Notes: generated by a model not told the origin, from the sequence alone. Positions 24,883 to 37,744 are shown, counted from the stretch's first letter. The stretch is DNA of 64,000 bases from Anthoceros angustus (GCA_010909165.1 MU008186.1:372001-436000); one strand, 5' to 3'. Numbers and translations: made by a program.

Positions 24883-27800
24883 CCTCACGCTCCACCCCGG
24901 GGGCGAGGCGGCCTAGACTTTGTTCCTCTTTCTCCATCGGTGGTGTCTTTGCCGCTCCAGGGGTGGGTCCTTGAAGGCACAGGGAGGTGGCTGCTCATTT
25001 CCGTTGGTTCCGGGCCGGGGACTGTGAGGCCCTGCAAGAGGAAGAGGGGTGCACCGCGAGGTCTAGGATCGAGCCGGCTAAGGTGGATCAAGTCCATCCT
25101 GACCTCGCCAAGGCGTATCTTAAGAGGTGCCTCATGCTAGGCGGTGCTGGGGAATACGCATGGGCTATCTGTGTTGCCTGGCCTCTTCGCTCGGAGCCGG
25201 TGGCCTCTGAGGAGACCATTGCTGATCTCCACGCCCTTCATCCGGCCCCAAGTGACCTCATTCCACAGGATATCTTGGATTATGTGGTGGAAGAGCCTTT
25301 TTGTTTTGACAGGGCAGTCTTTGGCAGGGCTATTACCACTGCTGCGGCTTTCTTCGAGTGGTCTGCTTGGGACAGTCTATGATCACCTTCGAGATTATTT
25401 TGCTCCCAAGGATCCTTTCAATGGTTTTTCAGAGCTTTTCATTCTAGTGGCAGCCGTAGCGAGGGGAGAGACCCCCCAACGGATCTCCCAAGTGTTAGGT
25501 GCTAGTAGGTTATTGGCAATGGAGAAGCCAAGGCCTAGGATGCGCCCTATCACCGTCGGGGAGGCTTTCTTGCGCCTCACAAGCTGCAGCATTGCCATTC
25601 AACTCCAGGGGTAGTTCCAGGCACACCTTTGCCTCCAACATTTTGGGATTGCCACTCCGGGGGGCTGTGAGTCGGCGGCCTTTGGAGTCGAGGTGGTTCT
25701 GGAGTCTCATCTGGATTCTGTCATCCTACAGGTAGGCATCGAGAACGCTTTCAATATTGTCTCTAGGACGGCTATTTTCACGGAACTCAAGGATGCGGGC
25801 AGGCTGCTGGCAAGTCTTGTTCCATTTGTCCACTCTTCAGTTCTCCGTCTAACCTTTACCATCATTTGCAGAAGGGGTTTCTATGCTTGACTCGGCGACG
25901 GGAACGAGATAGGGGACCCCTTGGAGGCTGCCCTCTTTGCCGTGTTGCACTTCAGCGCGCTGTCCACTACTACCTGAGATCAAGGAGCTTTGTCTCTTTC
26001 TGTTCGTGGCGAATGACACTCATATCTTAGGACCAGGGGACAAGGTTAGGGAGGCGTTTGAACTCTTCTCCTCAAAGTTATCCCTTTGGGTTTGAGGAAC
26101 AAGATCACAAGTGCAAGATTTGGTCCTTGTTGGGCATCACTTCTTTCTTCAATAACCTGGGGGGAATATTGTTTCCAAGTAGGGAACCCTAGGGTACCGG
26201 TGGGACCCGACTTGATTAAGGGTTTTGTCGATGTTGCTTTGGAGAAGGACTTGGCCCACATCAGCGACCTCTCTCAATTAGGGGACCCTCATGGCATTTG
26301 GTATCCTTTCTTCGTGCTTTGTGGATCGGCGGTACCTCACGAGCAGTTGCTCCCTCCCTAGTTTTTCTATCAAGCTAAGGAAGTTCGATAAACAGGTTAG
26401 GCGGGCGCTTGGGGACATCATTGGCCTAGGCACCTTCAAGTGTCTTTGCGAGTCTAGCGGTGCATGCATCCCTACATCGCCTTTGAGGGCCGGTTTGCCG
26501 GCCATGGAGACCTCGGTCTTTGGCGGCCTTCCTTGAGAGCCAGCCCTCTCTCCCCCGTCTTGGCCTTTTGGTTCTTAACGGGATTCCCCCATCTTGGAGG
26601 CCTTCATCTCGGTGTTGAGGAGGGGCCTTCCCCTTGAGATTCCCTAAGGTTGGCTAGGATTCCTTATCCTTAGAGGCTAGGCGGTCTTTGGGGAATACGC
26701 ATGGGCTATCGTGTTGCAGCCTCTTCGCTCGGAGCCGGTGGCCTCGAGGAGACCATTGCTGATCTCCACGCCTTCATCCGGCCCCAAGTGACCTCATTCC
26801 ACAGGATATCTTGGATTATGTGGTGGAAGAGCCTTTTGTTTTGATGAGGTCTTTGGCGGGGCTATTACCACCGCCTTCTTGAGTGGTCCTTGGGGCGATC
26901 TATGATCACCTTCGAGATTATTTTGCTCCCAAGGATCCTTTCAATGGTTTTTCCGAGCTTTTCATTCTAGTGGCAGCCGTAGCGAGGGGAGACCCCAACG
27001 GATCTCCCAAGTGTTAGGTGCTAGTAGGTTATTGGCAATGGAGAAGCCAAGGCCTAGGATGCGCCCTATCACCGTCGGGGAGGCTTTCTTGCGCCTCACA
27101 AGCTGCAGCATTGCCATTCAACTCCAGGGGTAGTTCCAGGCACACCTTTGCCTCCAACATTTTGGGATTGCCACTCCGGGGGGCTGTGAGTCGGCGGCCT
27201 TTGGAGTCGAGGTGGTTGAGTCTCATCCGGATTGTCATCCTGGTGCATCGAGGCGCTTTCAATATTGTCTCTGGGGCTATTTTCACCGGAACTCAAGGAT
27301 GCGGGCAGGCTGCTGGCAAGTCTTGTTCCATTTGTCCACTCTTCAGTTCTCCGTCTAACCTTTACCATCATTTGCAGAAGGGGTTTCTATGCTTGACTCG
27401 GCGACGGGAACGAGATAGGGGACCCCTTGGAGGCCTCTTGCCGTGTTGCACTGTCCACTACTACCTGAGATCAAGGAGCTTTGTCTCTTTCTGTTCGTGG
27501 CGAATGACACTCATATCTTAGGACCAGGGGACAAGGTTAGGGAGGCGTTTGAACTCTTCTCCTCAAAGTTATCCCGCCTGGGTTTGAGGAACAAGATCCT
27601 GAAGTGCAAGATTTGGTCCTTGTTGGGCATCACTTCTTTCTTCAATAACCTGGGGGGAATATTGTTTCCAAGTAGGGAACCCTAGGGTACCGGTGGGACC
27701 CGACTTGATTAAGGGTTTTGTCGATGTTGCTTTGGAGAAGGACTTGGCCCACATCAGCGACCTCTCTCAATTAGGGGACCCTCATATGGCATTTGGTATC

Positions 27801-29243
27801 CTTTCTTCGTGCTTTGTGGATCGGCCAGAGTACCTCACCAGAACGGTTGCTCCCTCCCTAGTTTTTCTATCAAGCTAAGGGAAGTTCGATAAACAGGTTA
27901 GGCAGGCGCTTGGGGACATCATTGGCCTAGGCACCTTCAAGTGTGCTGCAGGGGGTCTAGCGAGGCTGCATGCATCCCTACCTGTCGCCTTTGAGGGCAC
28001 TGGTTTGCCGGCCATGGAGACCTCGGTGCTGGCGGCCTTCCTTGAGAGCTGGGCCCTCTCTCCCCCCGTCTTGGCCTTTTGGTTCTTAACCCGGGATTCC
28101 CCCATCTTGGAGGCCTTCATCTCTGGTGTTGAGGAGGGGGCCTTCCCCTTGCAGGATTCCCTAAAGGTTGGCTAGGGATTCCTTATCCTTAGAGGCTAGG
28201 GCGGCCATGCCTTTTTTTTCCACGCTCTCTATGGACGGGCTACGCGACCTTTAGGCCTCTCTCCAGGAGAAGTAGTTCGGACAGGCGCAGAGGGCCCTTC
28301 TTCTGGATTTTACTATTCCCCAGCCTACTCGGGCTCGCTTGCGCTCTTGCTCGGGGAAGGAAGCGGGCTCTTGGCTTCTGGCTCAGCTGTGCATCCAGGC
28401 TTTCCAAATCACACCAACCTCTTTTTCTACCGCGATGAGGTTCCGTCTGGGCTTGGTCTGGCCTTTGGCCGTTCTCTATCATCTTGCAGTTGTGGGGCTC
28501 CCCTCGATGCCTCTGGGTCCCACCTGGCTCGCTGGCTAGCTTGAGGGCAGCGTATCGCTACGCATGATGCCGTTCGCGACGTCATGTTCTCCATGGCTAA
28601 GGAGAGCGGATTTCTTCCGTACAGGGAGCGCCCAAACACCTGGAGCAACGGCGTGTTGAGTAGGGCGAATCTATTTCTGACTAGGGGGGATCAAATTTCT
28701 GTTGCGGATGTCGTCGCAATAGACCTTACCCGGGACACCGTTTGTGAGCACATAATCATCAAGCCTCTGTGTTGGACAGTAGAGGGATGCGCAACATCCA
28801 AAGTACACAAATACATGCCTATGCAAGACGGCCATGCCTTCATCCCCCTCGCCATCGAGACCCACGGGGCATGGGCAAAGATTTCGGACGGCTCATAAAG
28901 GATTGTGCTAAAGCCTACAACAGCAGATGGAACGGGGTGGGTCTCCCCTTTTCCTCCGTGGTGGCTTTCTTTCAACAGTGGGTTTCCATTGACTGCGGGC
29001 GTTGGCGCGCTATTTACAAAGGCAATGGTGGAGGCAGGCATACCGGTCGAGTGGCCTTTCCTATTTCCCGACCACAACATACTTGGGGCAGTTGGTAGTG
29101 TCGGGATAGACATTCGGGGGGGCTAGCCTTCCCTAGCCCTTGGCCCTTTACTAGGTTGTTCCCCATCGGCTCGGGGTAGATGAGTTTTCTCATCTCTTCT
29201 TTTCTATAAAGTCTCCATTCTTCCATAATGATAATAAAATAAG
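24883..29243 (+). mobile_element. CRE-clade-like non-LTR retrotransposon (RT, zinc knuckle, restriction-like endonuclease), degenerate
   Basis: RLLAMEKP..MRPITVGEAFLRL, FGIATPGGCE, IENAFNIVSR, GDPLG, FVANDTHILG, CSCGAPLDASGSHL, HDAVRD, RANL..ADVV, KVHKY, FIPLAIETHGAW; A-rich 3' end. Confidence 0.8.
25136..28194. repeat. ~1.5-kb tandem duplication within the non-LTR RT (25136-26675 and 26676-28194)
   Basis: The ORF MLVGYWQWRSQG appears at both 25499 and 27018; GCTAGGCGG at the junction; complementary small indels. Confidence 0.9.
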
Positions 29244-29744
29244 GCAACGAGCAAGTGGGGACAAGAATTTTAAAGAAGCTTGCTAATTTCCATTTGAGCA
29301 GGTGGAGGGCATATGGTATTACGAAAATCCATCGGGCATGAAGTGAATAGTGTCAATCTCTACAACGTAATGGTGGCACGCGCCCCAAGGCAACCGCGCT
29401 ACCTGCTACTTCTAGGTCTCTGGGGTTGAATATCCGCACCCTCTAGGTCTCTGGGGTTGAATATCCGCACCCGCTTCTTTCAGGTTTCCAGTGCGCACTC
29501 TGTATATGATGGGTCCCGGTTATGTCATGTGAGTATAATCCCATCCTATTACGATCTAGCATGTCTACCGGGATGACTTGGGAGATACAAAATATTGTGG
29601 GCTAATAAATAATAATATGTTATTAAAATTTACCATCCCAATCCCGTTCTCTTGAGAGTTAGGTGTAGACCATGTAAACTTTGAAAATTTGTAGGGATGG
29701 GAAGTCCTATCTACCCCGAGGCGATGAGGAACAACCCTGATCTA

Positions 29745-29872
29745 GAGAGCCCCATGCCATGGGGGACTAGCCCCCGTGATTGTCCAAAGGGTCCCATGCC
29801 ATGGCGGACTAGCCCCCCGCGATTGTCCAGAGGGTCCCATGCCATGGCGGACTAGCCCCCCGCGATTGTCCA
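29745..29872. repeat. ~40-bp tandem repeat x3 with hairpin plus CTAG
   Basis: cccatgccatgg(g/c)ggactagccccc...gattgtcc. Confidence 0.75.
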
Positions 29873-31008
29873 GCCTAAAGCTACATACTGCTCCCAAGAT
29901 GTCATAGATGGGAATAAAGAAGGGCTTACCCACCACCACAAGAGCTGAAGATGCTGTGCCTTGCATTCGATGCCGTCCTAAGTATTGCGTTGGTCAACGC
30001 CCTTTGTAAGGCGTACTAAATATTGCGTTGGTCAACGCCCTCTTCAAGGGGCTGGATATTCTTTGCCGGAAGAAATGCAACCAAGTAAGATAGAGGAAGA
30101 CCTAGCCCATGTGGTAGGCTTTGGCACAAGCCTAAAGGCCTCTTTGCCAATGGCCTTTCTTGCATCAATAAACATGTGCCCCCAATGCTATACAGTTAGA
30201 CACTTACCTCCGCATCAAATCCCCTCCTGCACAGTTGAAAGTACCCCACATCCCCTTCTACACACTCAAAAGTACCCATGTTGATGGTGTCTCCTAACAA
30301 AAGTACCCATGTTGATGGTGTCTCCTAATACCTGCATGACCTGGTTGTCAAAATCCCATGAGTTAGATAGGTAACCCGAAGAGGGAGACACAATTCGTAC
30401 AAGACATTCCGGGTTGCGCGCGAAGCAGAGTACGCACCTTATAACAAAGTCTATACGAAATCTTTCCAGACCACATCTGCACTGGCAAGCCCGATGCAGC
30501 ATTGACGGGCAGATGGGAAGGCATGCGCGCGTAGGAAGGGGACCATATAGAAACCTAGCTGATGGCATGGGGTCCACTGTGAGAGAGCTGACTGACGCGC
30601 GGGTGATGCTCGTGCGGCCATTTACCTTTCTAGAGCCCTTCCATTTCTACCGTGTCGGTTTACTTTACCCTGCTTTTGTTCGGGTCACACAGCCTACCCC
30701 TCCATGTGGAATCTCCCCAGCCCGCATGAATTTGGGAGCCGCGCCGAAGCAGGCCGGCGTGAGGGATCAAGCCTGCCATGCCGCCGGCCCTGATCGGTTG
30801 TTCACAGCCGTGCAGGAGACGCTGGTTAGGTTTTGGTCATGGCGCCTCAGCACATGGATGCAACCAGTGGGCGGACGAGTGACGTGAATTTCAGCATCTT
30901 CCTCTGGGCCAGCAGCCGAAGGCGATCGCCACGCGTTGCGAATTCAGGCGAAGCACCGATTGATGCAGGCCATGTGACCGATTGGTGCAGGCCATTGGCA
31001 GTATTGTT

Positions 31009-34000
31009 TCAGCCTTGCTTGCCTTTTGGGATGCTTTCATTCCCAACCTGAAAGCTATGCACCAGTCCGTCCCTGTCTGCCCACCAGCTCTGACCCGGCT
31101 GCTTCCGGGCCCTGATTCGTTTTCTCCTTGCCTGCAACTCCTGTGCCTGCTCCCACATCTGGGCACCAGTGTATAAGTTGCACATTACCACATACGCTGA
31201 GACATCTTGCTTGTCTAGCTTCACTGCTTGCTCAAAAGCATAGCGTCCCACCTCCACGTTGCTCCACTTGCGACACGAACCCAAAAGTGTATGCCAAACC
31301 GCAGGATCAGGCACTACTGGCATGGTTTTCACCAAAGCTAGCGCTTCATCCAGTCGGCCTGCACGGCCCATAAGGTCCACCATGCATGTGTAATACTCCA
31401 CTGTGGGTGTGATGCCGAAATGTCTGCTCATCGCGTCAAAATACTCGAGCCCTTCACTCAATAGCCCCGTGTGACTGCACACCTTCAGCACAGCAGCGAA
31501 CGTGTGGCCATCTGGCTGTGTGCCATCTTGTACCATTCTAAGCACCAAGCGAAAGACCTCTTCACCGTCTCCCTGATGACTGTACCCTGCAATTAGTAAA
31601 TTCCAGGCCACAAGGTGCCTTTGAGGCAATGTTTCGAACACCTGCCGTGCATCAACCATGCTTCCAGACCGTGTGTACATGTTTATCAGACTCCCGGCTA
31701 CAAACTTATCGGCTCGAAGCCCTTGTTCTTCAATCTGCGCGTGCAGCTCCCTCCCCAAATGCAAAGCTGCCACATTAGCACAGGCCTGCAGAAGGCACAC
31801 GAAAGTCACAGAGTTGGGTACAGCGATGCCTTCGTTCTGCATAGCCCTGTACAGATGAAGGGCTTCCTGGCCCATCCCCTGCTGGGAGTACCCTGCAATT
31901 AGGGCAGTCCACGTCACCACATCTTTTTCACCAAGTCCGTCAAACACTGCTCGGCCGTCTTCCAAGCTGCCACACTTTGCATACATGTTCACCAAACTGC
32001 TGGCTACAAACACGTCAGCTTGGAGTCTTCTTTCTCTAATTTGTGCATGAAGCCGCTTCCCTATATCCAAAGCTTCGGTGCCCAGACTTGCACATGCCTG
32101 TAGGAGGCACACCAGGGTCACGGAATTCGCCACTGCCATCTCATCCTCTTGCATCGCACTGAAGAGTTGAAGGGCTTGCTGGCTCATGCCCCACTGAGAA
32201 TATCCTGCAATTAGAGCAGTCCATGCCATCACATCTTTTTGACCAAGTCCATCAAACACACTCTGAGCATCCTCTAAGCTGCCACACTTTCCGTACATGT
32301 TTATCAAACTGCTCGCTAGTACCATATCAGTTTGATGTCCTCGTTCTCTGATCTGCACGTGGAGCTCCTTCCCCATCTCTAACGCTGGTGTGCCAACACT
32401 TGCACATGCCTGCAGGAGGCACACAAATGTCACAGAATCAGGTTCCGCACCGTCTTGTTGCATATCAGTGTAAACTTGCAGAGCTTCCAGGCCCATGCCC
32501 TGCTGAGAGTACCCTGAGATCATGGCATTCCACGCAACCACGTCTTTTTCAACAAGCCCATCAAACACTCTGTGAGCATCTTCCAGGCTGCCACATTTTG
32601 CATACATGTTGACCAAACTGTTGGCTACGAAGACATCCCCCTCATGTCCATGTTCTCTGATCTGAATATGAAGTTCCTTCCCCTTTTCCAACGCTAGGCT
32701 GCCGACACTAGCACATGCCTGCAGGAGGCACACAAATGTCACAGAGTTGGGTGCAACGATGCCATCTTGTTGCATGGTGCTGTAAAGATCAAGAGCTTCC
32801 TGCCCCATGCCCCGCTGGGAATATCCTGCTATCATGGCACTCCATATCACAACATTTTTGTCACCAAGTCCATCAAACACACCCCGAGCATCCTCTAGGC
32901 TGCCACATTTAGCATACATGTTCACCAAACTGCTGGCTACAAACACATGGCCTTGAAGCCCTTGATCTGTAATTTGCAGATGAAGCTGCCTCCCATTCTC
33001 CAGAGCTTGGGTGCCCACGCTTGCACACGCCTGCAAGAGGCACACAAATGTCACAGAATCAGGTACGGCATTGGGATCTTTCTGCATAGCACTATATAGA
33101 TGAAGGGCTTCCTGGTTCATGCCATGCTGGGAATACCGTGCTATCATTGCATTCCACATTGCGACATCTTTTTGACCAAGTCCGTCAAACACTCTTTGAG
33201 CATCTTCCAAGCTTCCACACATAGCATACATGTTCAACAAACCGTTGGCTAAACGCAAATCAGTTTCCTCTCCTATTTTTCTGATTTGTGTATGAATCTG
33301 TTTCCCCTTCTCCAATGCTGGGCTACCCACACTTGCACATGCCTGCAAGAGGCACAGAAGTGTCACGGAATCAGGTACAACCATCCCATCTTCTTGCATG
33401 ACACTGTGAAGATGAAGGGCTTCCTGACCCATGCCTTGCTGGGAATATCCTGAGATCATGCCATTCCAAGTTACCACATCTTTTTGACCAAGTCCGTCAA
33501 ACACTTTGTGGGCATCTTCTAGGCTGCCACACTTTGCATACATGTTTACCAAACTGTTGGCCACAAAGATGTTAGCTTGGTGTCCTAGCTCTTTTATCTG
33601 TATATGAAGCTGCTTACCGTTCTCAAGAGCTGGAGCCCCGACACTTGCACATGCCTGGAGGAGGCACACAAAAGTCACAGAATTGGGAACAGAGATGCCG
33701 TCTTCTTGCATATCCTTGTACAGGCCAAGGGCTTCCCGGCCCATACCCAGCCGGGAATACCCTGCAATCAGAGCAGTCCACGACACGACATCTTTCTCCC
33801 CAAGGCCGTCAAACACTCTTTGAGCGTGTTCCAAGCTGCCACATTTTGCGTACATGTCCATCACGCAATTACAGACAAACAAATCACGCTGAAACCGGCT
33901 GGCCAATACATCAGCATGCACCTCCTGCCCAGATTCCAAATCTGCTCCCTTCCCACAAGCCTGGAGAGCTGCCACAAACACATGACCATCCGGCTCCACA

Positions 34001-34713
34001 CCTGACCCCCGCATCCGACGATACAGTTGCATGGCCTGCTTGTCTTGCCCGTGCTTAACATGGGCACATATCATGGAGGACCACATGAAAGCATCTGGTT
34101 TGGCCACCAGGGTAAACACATCCATCGCGTCTTGCAACCTGCCATGAGAAACATACATTCGCAGGATGTGGTTGCACAGGAACGTATCCGGCTGATATCC
34201 CGTCGCAACCGTGAATGCATGGACCCGACGACCCAGAACAAGATCTTTCTTCACCACACATTGCTTCAGGACAGTGTAAAAAACAGACGTGGAAACGCAA
34301 CAGTCTCTCTGCACCAGAAGTCCCAAAGCCTCCACAGCCTCGGTGAGATGGCCCTGATGACATAACGCGCTCACAGTTTCAGCCGTGACGACCCTTTCGT
34401 ATCCTGCGGGCCTGGCATCACTCGCCAGGCTCCAGTCAGATTCCCTCATCGCCACATCCACCGAAAACAGTAGCTCCAAGCGAGGATCTTCCGCGACAGA
34501 TCCGTGACCAGTCAGACGTCCTCCTTGACGACCTAGCTTTCTTGCCAAGGTGCTGACACTTGCTGCCTCCTTGTTCGTCAACGATCGGTCCTTTGAATTC
34601 AGGCGAGCGGGAGCTCTTCCTGGAACACCAATTTGCTGGCTCCACCAACACGGTCCCCCCAAGGTGTCCGGTGGTCCTTTCCGTGGATCCATTAGCATGC
34701 CCCAGACAGCCAT
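31009..34713 (-). CDS. PLS-class PPR protein with E1-E2 and truncated DYW (PGQSWW box, E+ type); putative organellar RNA editing factor
   Basis: 1,234-aa intronless ORF of P-L-S triplets, then CSHTG, YTCMVDLMGRAG, E1/E2 and KQPGQSWWADRDGLVHSFQVG; no HxE/CxxC/DYW. Confidence 0.93.
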   Translation of the reverse strand: MAVWGMLMDPRKGPPDTLGGPCWWSQQIGVPGRAPARLNSKDRSLTNKEAASVSTLARKLGRQGGRLTGHGSVAEDPRLELLFSVDVAMRESDWSLASDARPAGYERVVTAETVSALCHQGHLTEAVEALGLLVQRDCCVSTSVFYTVLKQCVVKKDLVLGRRVHAFTVATGYQPDTFLCNHILRMYVSHGRLQDAMDVFTLVAKPDAFMWSSMICAHVKHGQDKQAMQLYRRMRGSGVEPDGHVFVAALQACGKGADLESGQEVHADVLASRFQRDLFVCNCVMDMYAKCGSLEHAQRVFDGLGEKDVVSWTALIAGYSRLGMGREALGLYKDMQEDGISVPNSVTFVCLLQACASVGAPALENGKQLHIQIKELGHQANIFVANSLVNMYAKCGSLEDAHKVFDGLGQKDVVTWNGMISGYSQQGMGQEALHLHSVMQEDGMVVPDSVTLLCLLQACASVGSPALEKGKQIHTQIRKIGEETDLRLANGLLNMYAMCGSLEDAQRVFDGLGQKDVAMWNAMIARYSQHGMNQEALHLYSAMQKDPNAVPDSVTFVCLLQACASVGTQALENGRQLHLQITDQGLQGHVFVASSLVNMYAKCGSLEDARGVFDGLGDKNVVIWSAMIAGYSQRGMGQEALDLYSTMQQDGIVAPNSVTFVCLLQACASVGSLALEKGKELHIQIREHGHEGDVFVANSLVNMYAKCGSLEDAHRVFDGLVEKDVVAWNAMISGYSQQGMGLEALQVYTDMQQDGAEPDSVTFVCLLQACASVGTPALEMGKELHVQIRERGHQTDMVLASSLINMYGKCGSLEDAQSVFDGLGQKDVMAWTALIAGYSQWGMSQQALQLFSAMQEDEMAVANSVTLVCLLQACASLGTEALDIGKRLHAQIRERRLQADVFVASSLVNMYAKCGSLEDGRAVFDGLGEKDVVTWTALIAGYSQQGMGQEALHLYRAMQNEGIAVPNSVTFVCLLQACANVAALHLGRELHAQIEEQGLRADKFVAGSLINMYTRSGSMVDARQVFETLPQRHLVAWNLLIAGYSHQGDGEEVFRLVLRMVQDGTQPDGHTFAAVLKVCSHTGLLSEGLEYFDAMSRHFGITPTVEYYTCMVDLMGRAGRLDEALALVKTMPVVPDPAVWHTLLGSCRKWSNVEVGRYAFEQAVKLDKQDVSAYVVMCNLYTGAQMWEQAQELQARRKRIRARKQPGQSWWADRDGLVHSFQVGNESIPKGKQG

Positions 34714-34854
34714 GGCGTGCAGGACACGCAGCGAAATTCCTTTCCAAAACCCTACTGTGAGGGTTTAACATCTCGAGCTACAATCCAGTTCGATCTTTTC
34801 TTCAGCGTCTGCAACTCTTCCGGTGATCAGACTATGTTTATCAAGGGAGCGGAA

Positions 34855-36207
34855 ATGGGAAAACATGGATTGAGGAAATCCGCGCAGGCTGTACGTGAAT
34901 CGCTCACGGTAATGCTTCTTCCCCTTGCTTCGCAGAAGATCTCACATTCATGTGCTTAGGGTTTGACATGTTAGAGCTGCAAGTCCTGATTGTGTTTTGC
35001 GTGGCAGCTGCTGGATGTGCCTGCAACCGATTCTGTTCAGAAAGTACCATGGGATGATGTGAAGAAACTTGCAGAGCAAGTATCCAAGCATGCGACAACA
35101 GGTAGGTAGGACAGTAGGTCTTTAGAAAACGTGCAGATGCTTGCGTCCAGTCTTGTGGGATGATTCAGCCCAGTCTCGTTGGATGTGTGCAATTCAGTTG
35201 GATTGTTGGGAAGTAAATTTGAAGACACAGTGGAAGCCGTGAAGACATATTTGGATACACTCCAAGGGTTGGTTCTACTGTCTCATGGGAGCACAGTCGG
35301 AGCAGGCAACACGCTTTTAGCTGCTGTTCGTGAGAATACTCTCAAAGTGGTAGAAACCAGCTTGAGCCTCCTGGACACAGCCATGCTTCTAGCTTGTCGC
35401 AGTAAGCATCGTTTCCATCAACTGATTCGTGCACATGTTACATGTCGGGAGCCCTAACCGGGCCTTGTTGTGCCTTCAGAAGCTAATGACAGTGAACGGA
35501 AGGACGTCCTACCAACTGCAGTTGGCAAGGTTTGGGAAGCATGCAAGGCTTTGCAAAAGGTTCCCACTGACAACCGAGCTGCTGTCGGAAGGAGCATAAT
35601 CCAGGTTATTGCGAGCATGCAGGATGTCACCCGGGAGTTGGATCAGGTCAGGGAATCTGCTCTGAATGACGCGACTGCGATCTCCGAGCTGCGCCTGGAT
35701 GAGAGAACATCAGAGAGTGGTAACAGCAGCAGCCCAGTAGCTCCACTGTCCGAAGGGGCCCTCCCTTCTGCTTTGGGCGATGACGAAGCCTCTGGCTCTG
35801 AGGACATGGATTTCGGCCAAGACCTGTCTGATGAGGAAATGGGAGTGGTGAAAGCCTCGACGCCGGTGATTGATTCCTTGATCCTAGTGCTCAAGCAAGT
35901 GGTTTACGTGGTTGCTGACAAGACTGCAGACACTCCCGTGGACCGCTGGGAGGGCTTGCTGGCATGTTGCAAAACCTTGGGTGTGACTGTGGAGGAGCTT
36001 GGGTCTTCCCTCTATCCCCCGCAAGAGCTGGATCAGCTCCAAGGCTGTTTGCGTAAGCTCAATTCTGCATTAGCCCAGGTGCAGCAAGAGGTGCTGGGGA
36101 TGCGGGGCTCCTTATCAGAGAGCCTTAGAGCAGCATGTGATCACGCGCAATCTTCTCATGTTTTTCTCCAGCAGACTTTGGATGCTGCAGATCCCACACT
36201 TGAATGA
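34855..36207 (+). CDS. Cyclin-D1-binding protein 1 (GCIP/CCNDBP1) homolog, multi-exon
   Basis: SKHATTVGLL, LQGLVLLSHGSTVGAGNTL, GKVWEACKALQKVPTDN, VEELGSSLYPPQE. Confidence 0.85.
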
Positions 36208-36398
36208 CATCGCGTTCAACAAATGTTTCAAGAGAATATCCCCATGAGCTATGACAAAACACTCTCCGGAAGTATCGGACGAGACTATTTTATAGAGCTG
36301 CCCAGGAAGAAAGTGGCTTCTCGTCGGAGTTCCAAAACACTGTCCACGTTGACGCAGAGACTAGATAAAGTTACGGCGGGATCGAATACGCTACGAAA

Positions 36399-37669
36399 AT
36401 GAACAGAGTAAGGCTTCGGGTTCCTTGGGGAGGCCCAGCGAGGACTTTTGCCAAGGCTGCTGTTGTTGGAGGTTTGGGACTCTACGGCCTGGCCAACAGC
36501 CTCTTCACTGTGGACGGAGGCCATCGCCCAATTGTCTTCAATCGCCTGGTTGGAGTGAAGGATGAGGTAAGGCCAAAATTGATTCTATCCGTCTTCTTTG
36601 CGGGTTGTAAAATTCGGGCATCTTGTTGCTGAATAGATCTCTCCCTGGTTGTGAATTACAGGTGTATCCAGAAGGAACTCATTTCATGATTCCTTTGATC
36701 GACCGACCAATTATCTATGATGTTAGAGCCATACCTCGGGTGGTGGACAGTACATCCGGGAGCAGAGACCTTCAGACGGTAGGCTTATGAAGCTGAACCA
36801 GGTCGAGGAGAACTTGGAACGATTAGAAATCCTTCAAAGGAGATTGTTTAGCGGTGACTTGGAATTGTTTATCGACCGTGTTGCAGGTACGGATCTCCCT
36901 ACGGATCTTGACACGGCCTATGCCAGACAGGCTTCCTTCCATCTACCGGCAGGTTGGATTGGATTATTCGGAGCGAGTGTTGCCGTCGATTGTGCACGAG
37001 ACGCTGAAAGCTGTGGTAGCGCAATACAACGCCAGCCAGCTCATCACTCAGCGGGAGGTGCGAGACCGCGTGGTTCAATTCCGTTTTCTCTCTGCCAGGT
37101 CGGGTGCAAGATTGGCTTTCCGAATGTATTGTGTCATTGCGTATGATTTCTTTGTTCTCCAGGTTGTGAGCAGAGAAATTAGGCGAATTCTTCACGAGCG
37201 TGCTCGGAACTTCCATATTGCATTGGATGATGTGTCCATCACAAACCTCACTTTCGGGAAGGAGTTCACGGCTGCTATCGAGGCAAAGCAAGTCGCTGCT
37301 CAGGAGGCTGAGCGTGCAAAGTTCCTCGTGTAGAAGGCTGAGCAAGAGAAGAAGAGCATTATCATTGGAGCTCAGGTGCCTACCGGTTGCCAAGCCCGGC
37401 TGTTAAAGAGATCCTCGTTTCATTCGTATTCCTTGTTGTGCTCTGCACGATTGTGACAGGGAGAGGCAAAGAGCGCTCAGCTCGTCGGGGATGCTATGAG
37501 CAACAATCCGTCGTATCTAACACTGCGGAAGATTGAAGCCAGCCGGGACATCGCTAGCACAGTCGCACACTCCACCAACAGGGTCTTCCTCAACGCGAAT
37601 TCACTGCTTCTAAACGTTAACGCGTTGGGAAAAGAAGACTTGCAACAGAATCGAGTGGCGAAGAAGTGA
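36399..37669 (+). CDS. PHB: Prohibitin (PHB2/class II type), 5 exons, with an in-frame TAG at 37331-37333
   Basis: [95 protein letters not shown]. Confidence 0.9.
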
Positions 37670-37744
37670 TCGGATGTCTACAGGTGCACAGCGGTTTGTC
37701 ATCTGCCGAAGGGATGAGTCATCTGCAGTCGCTGCAGGATCTGG

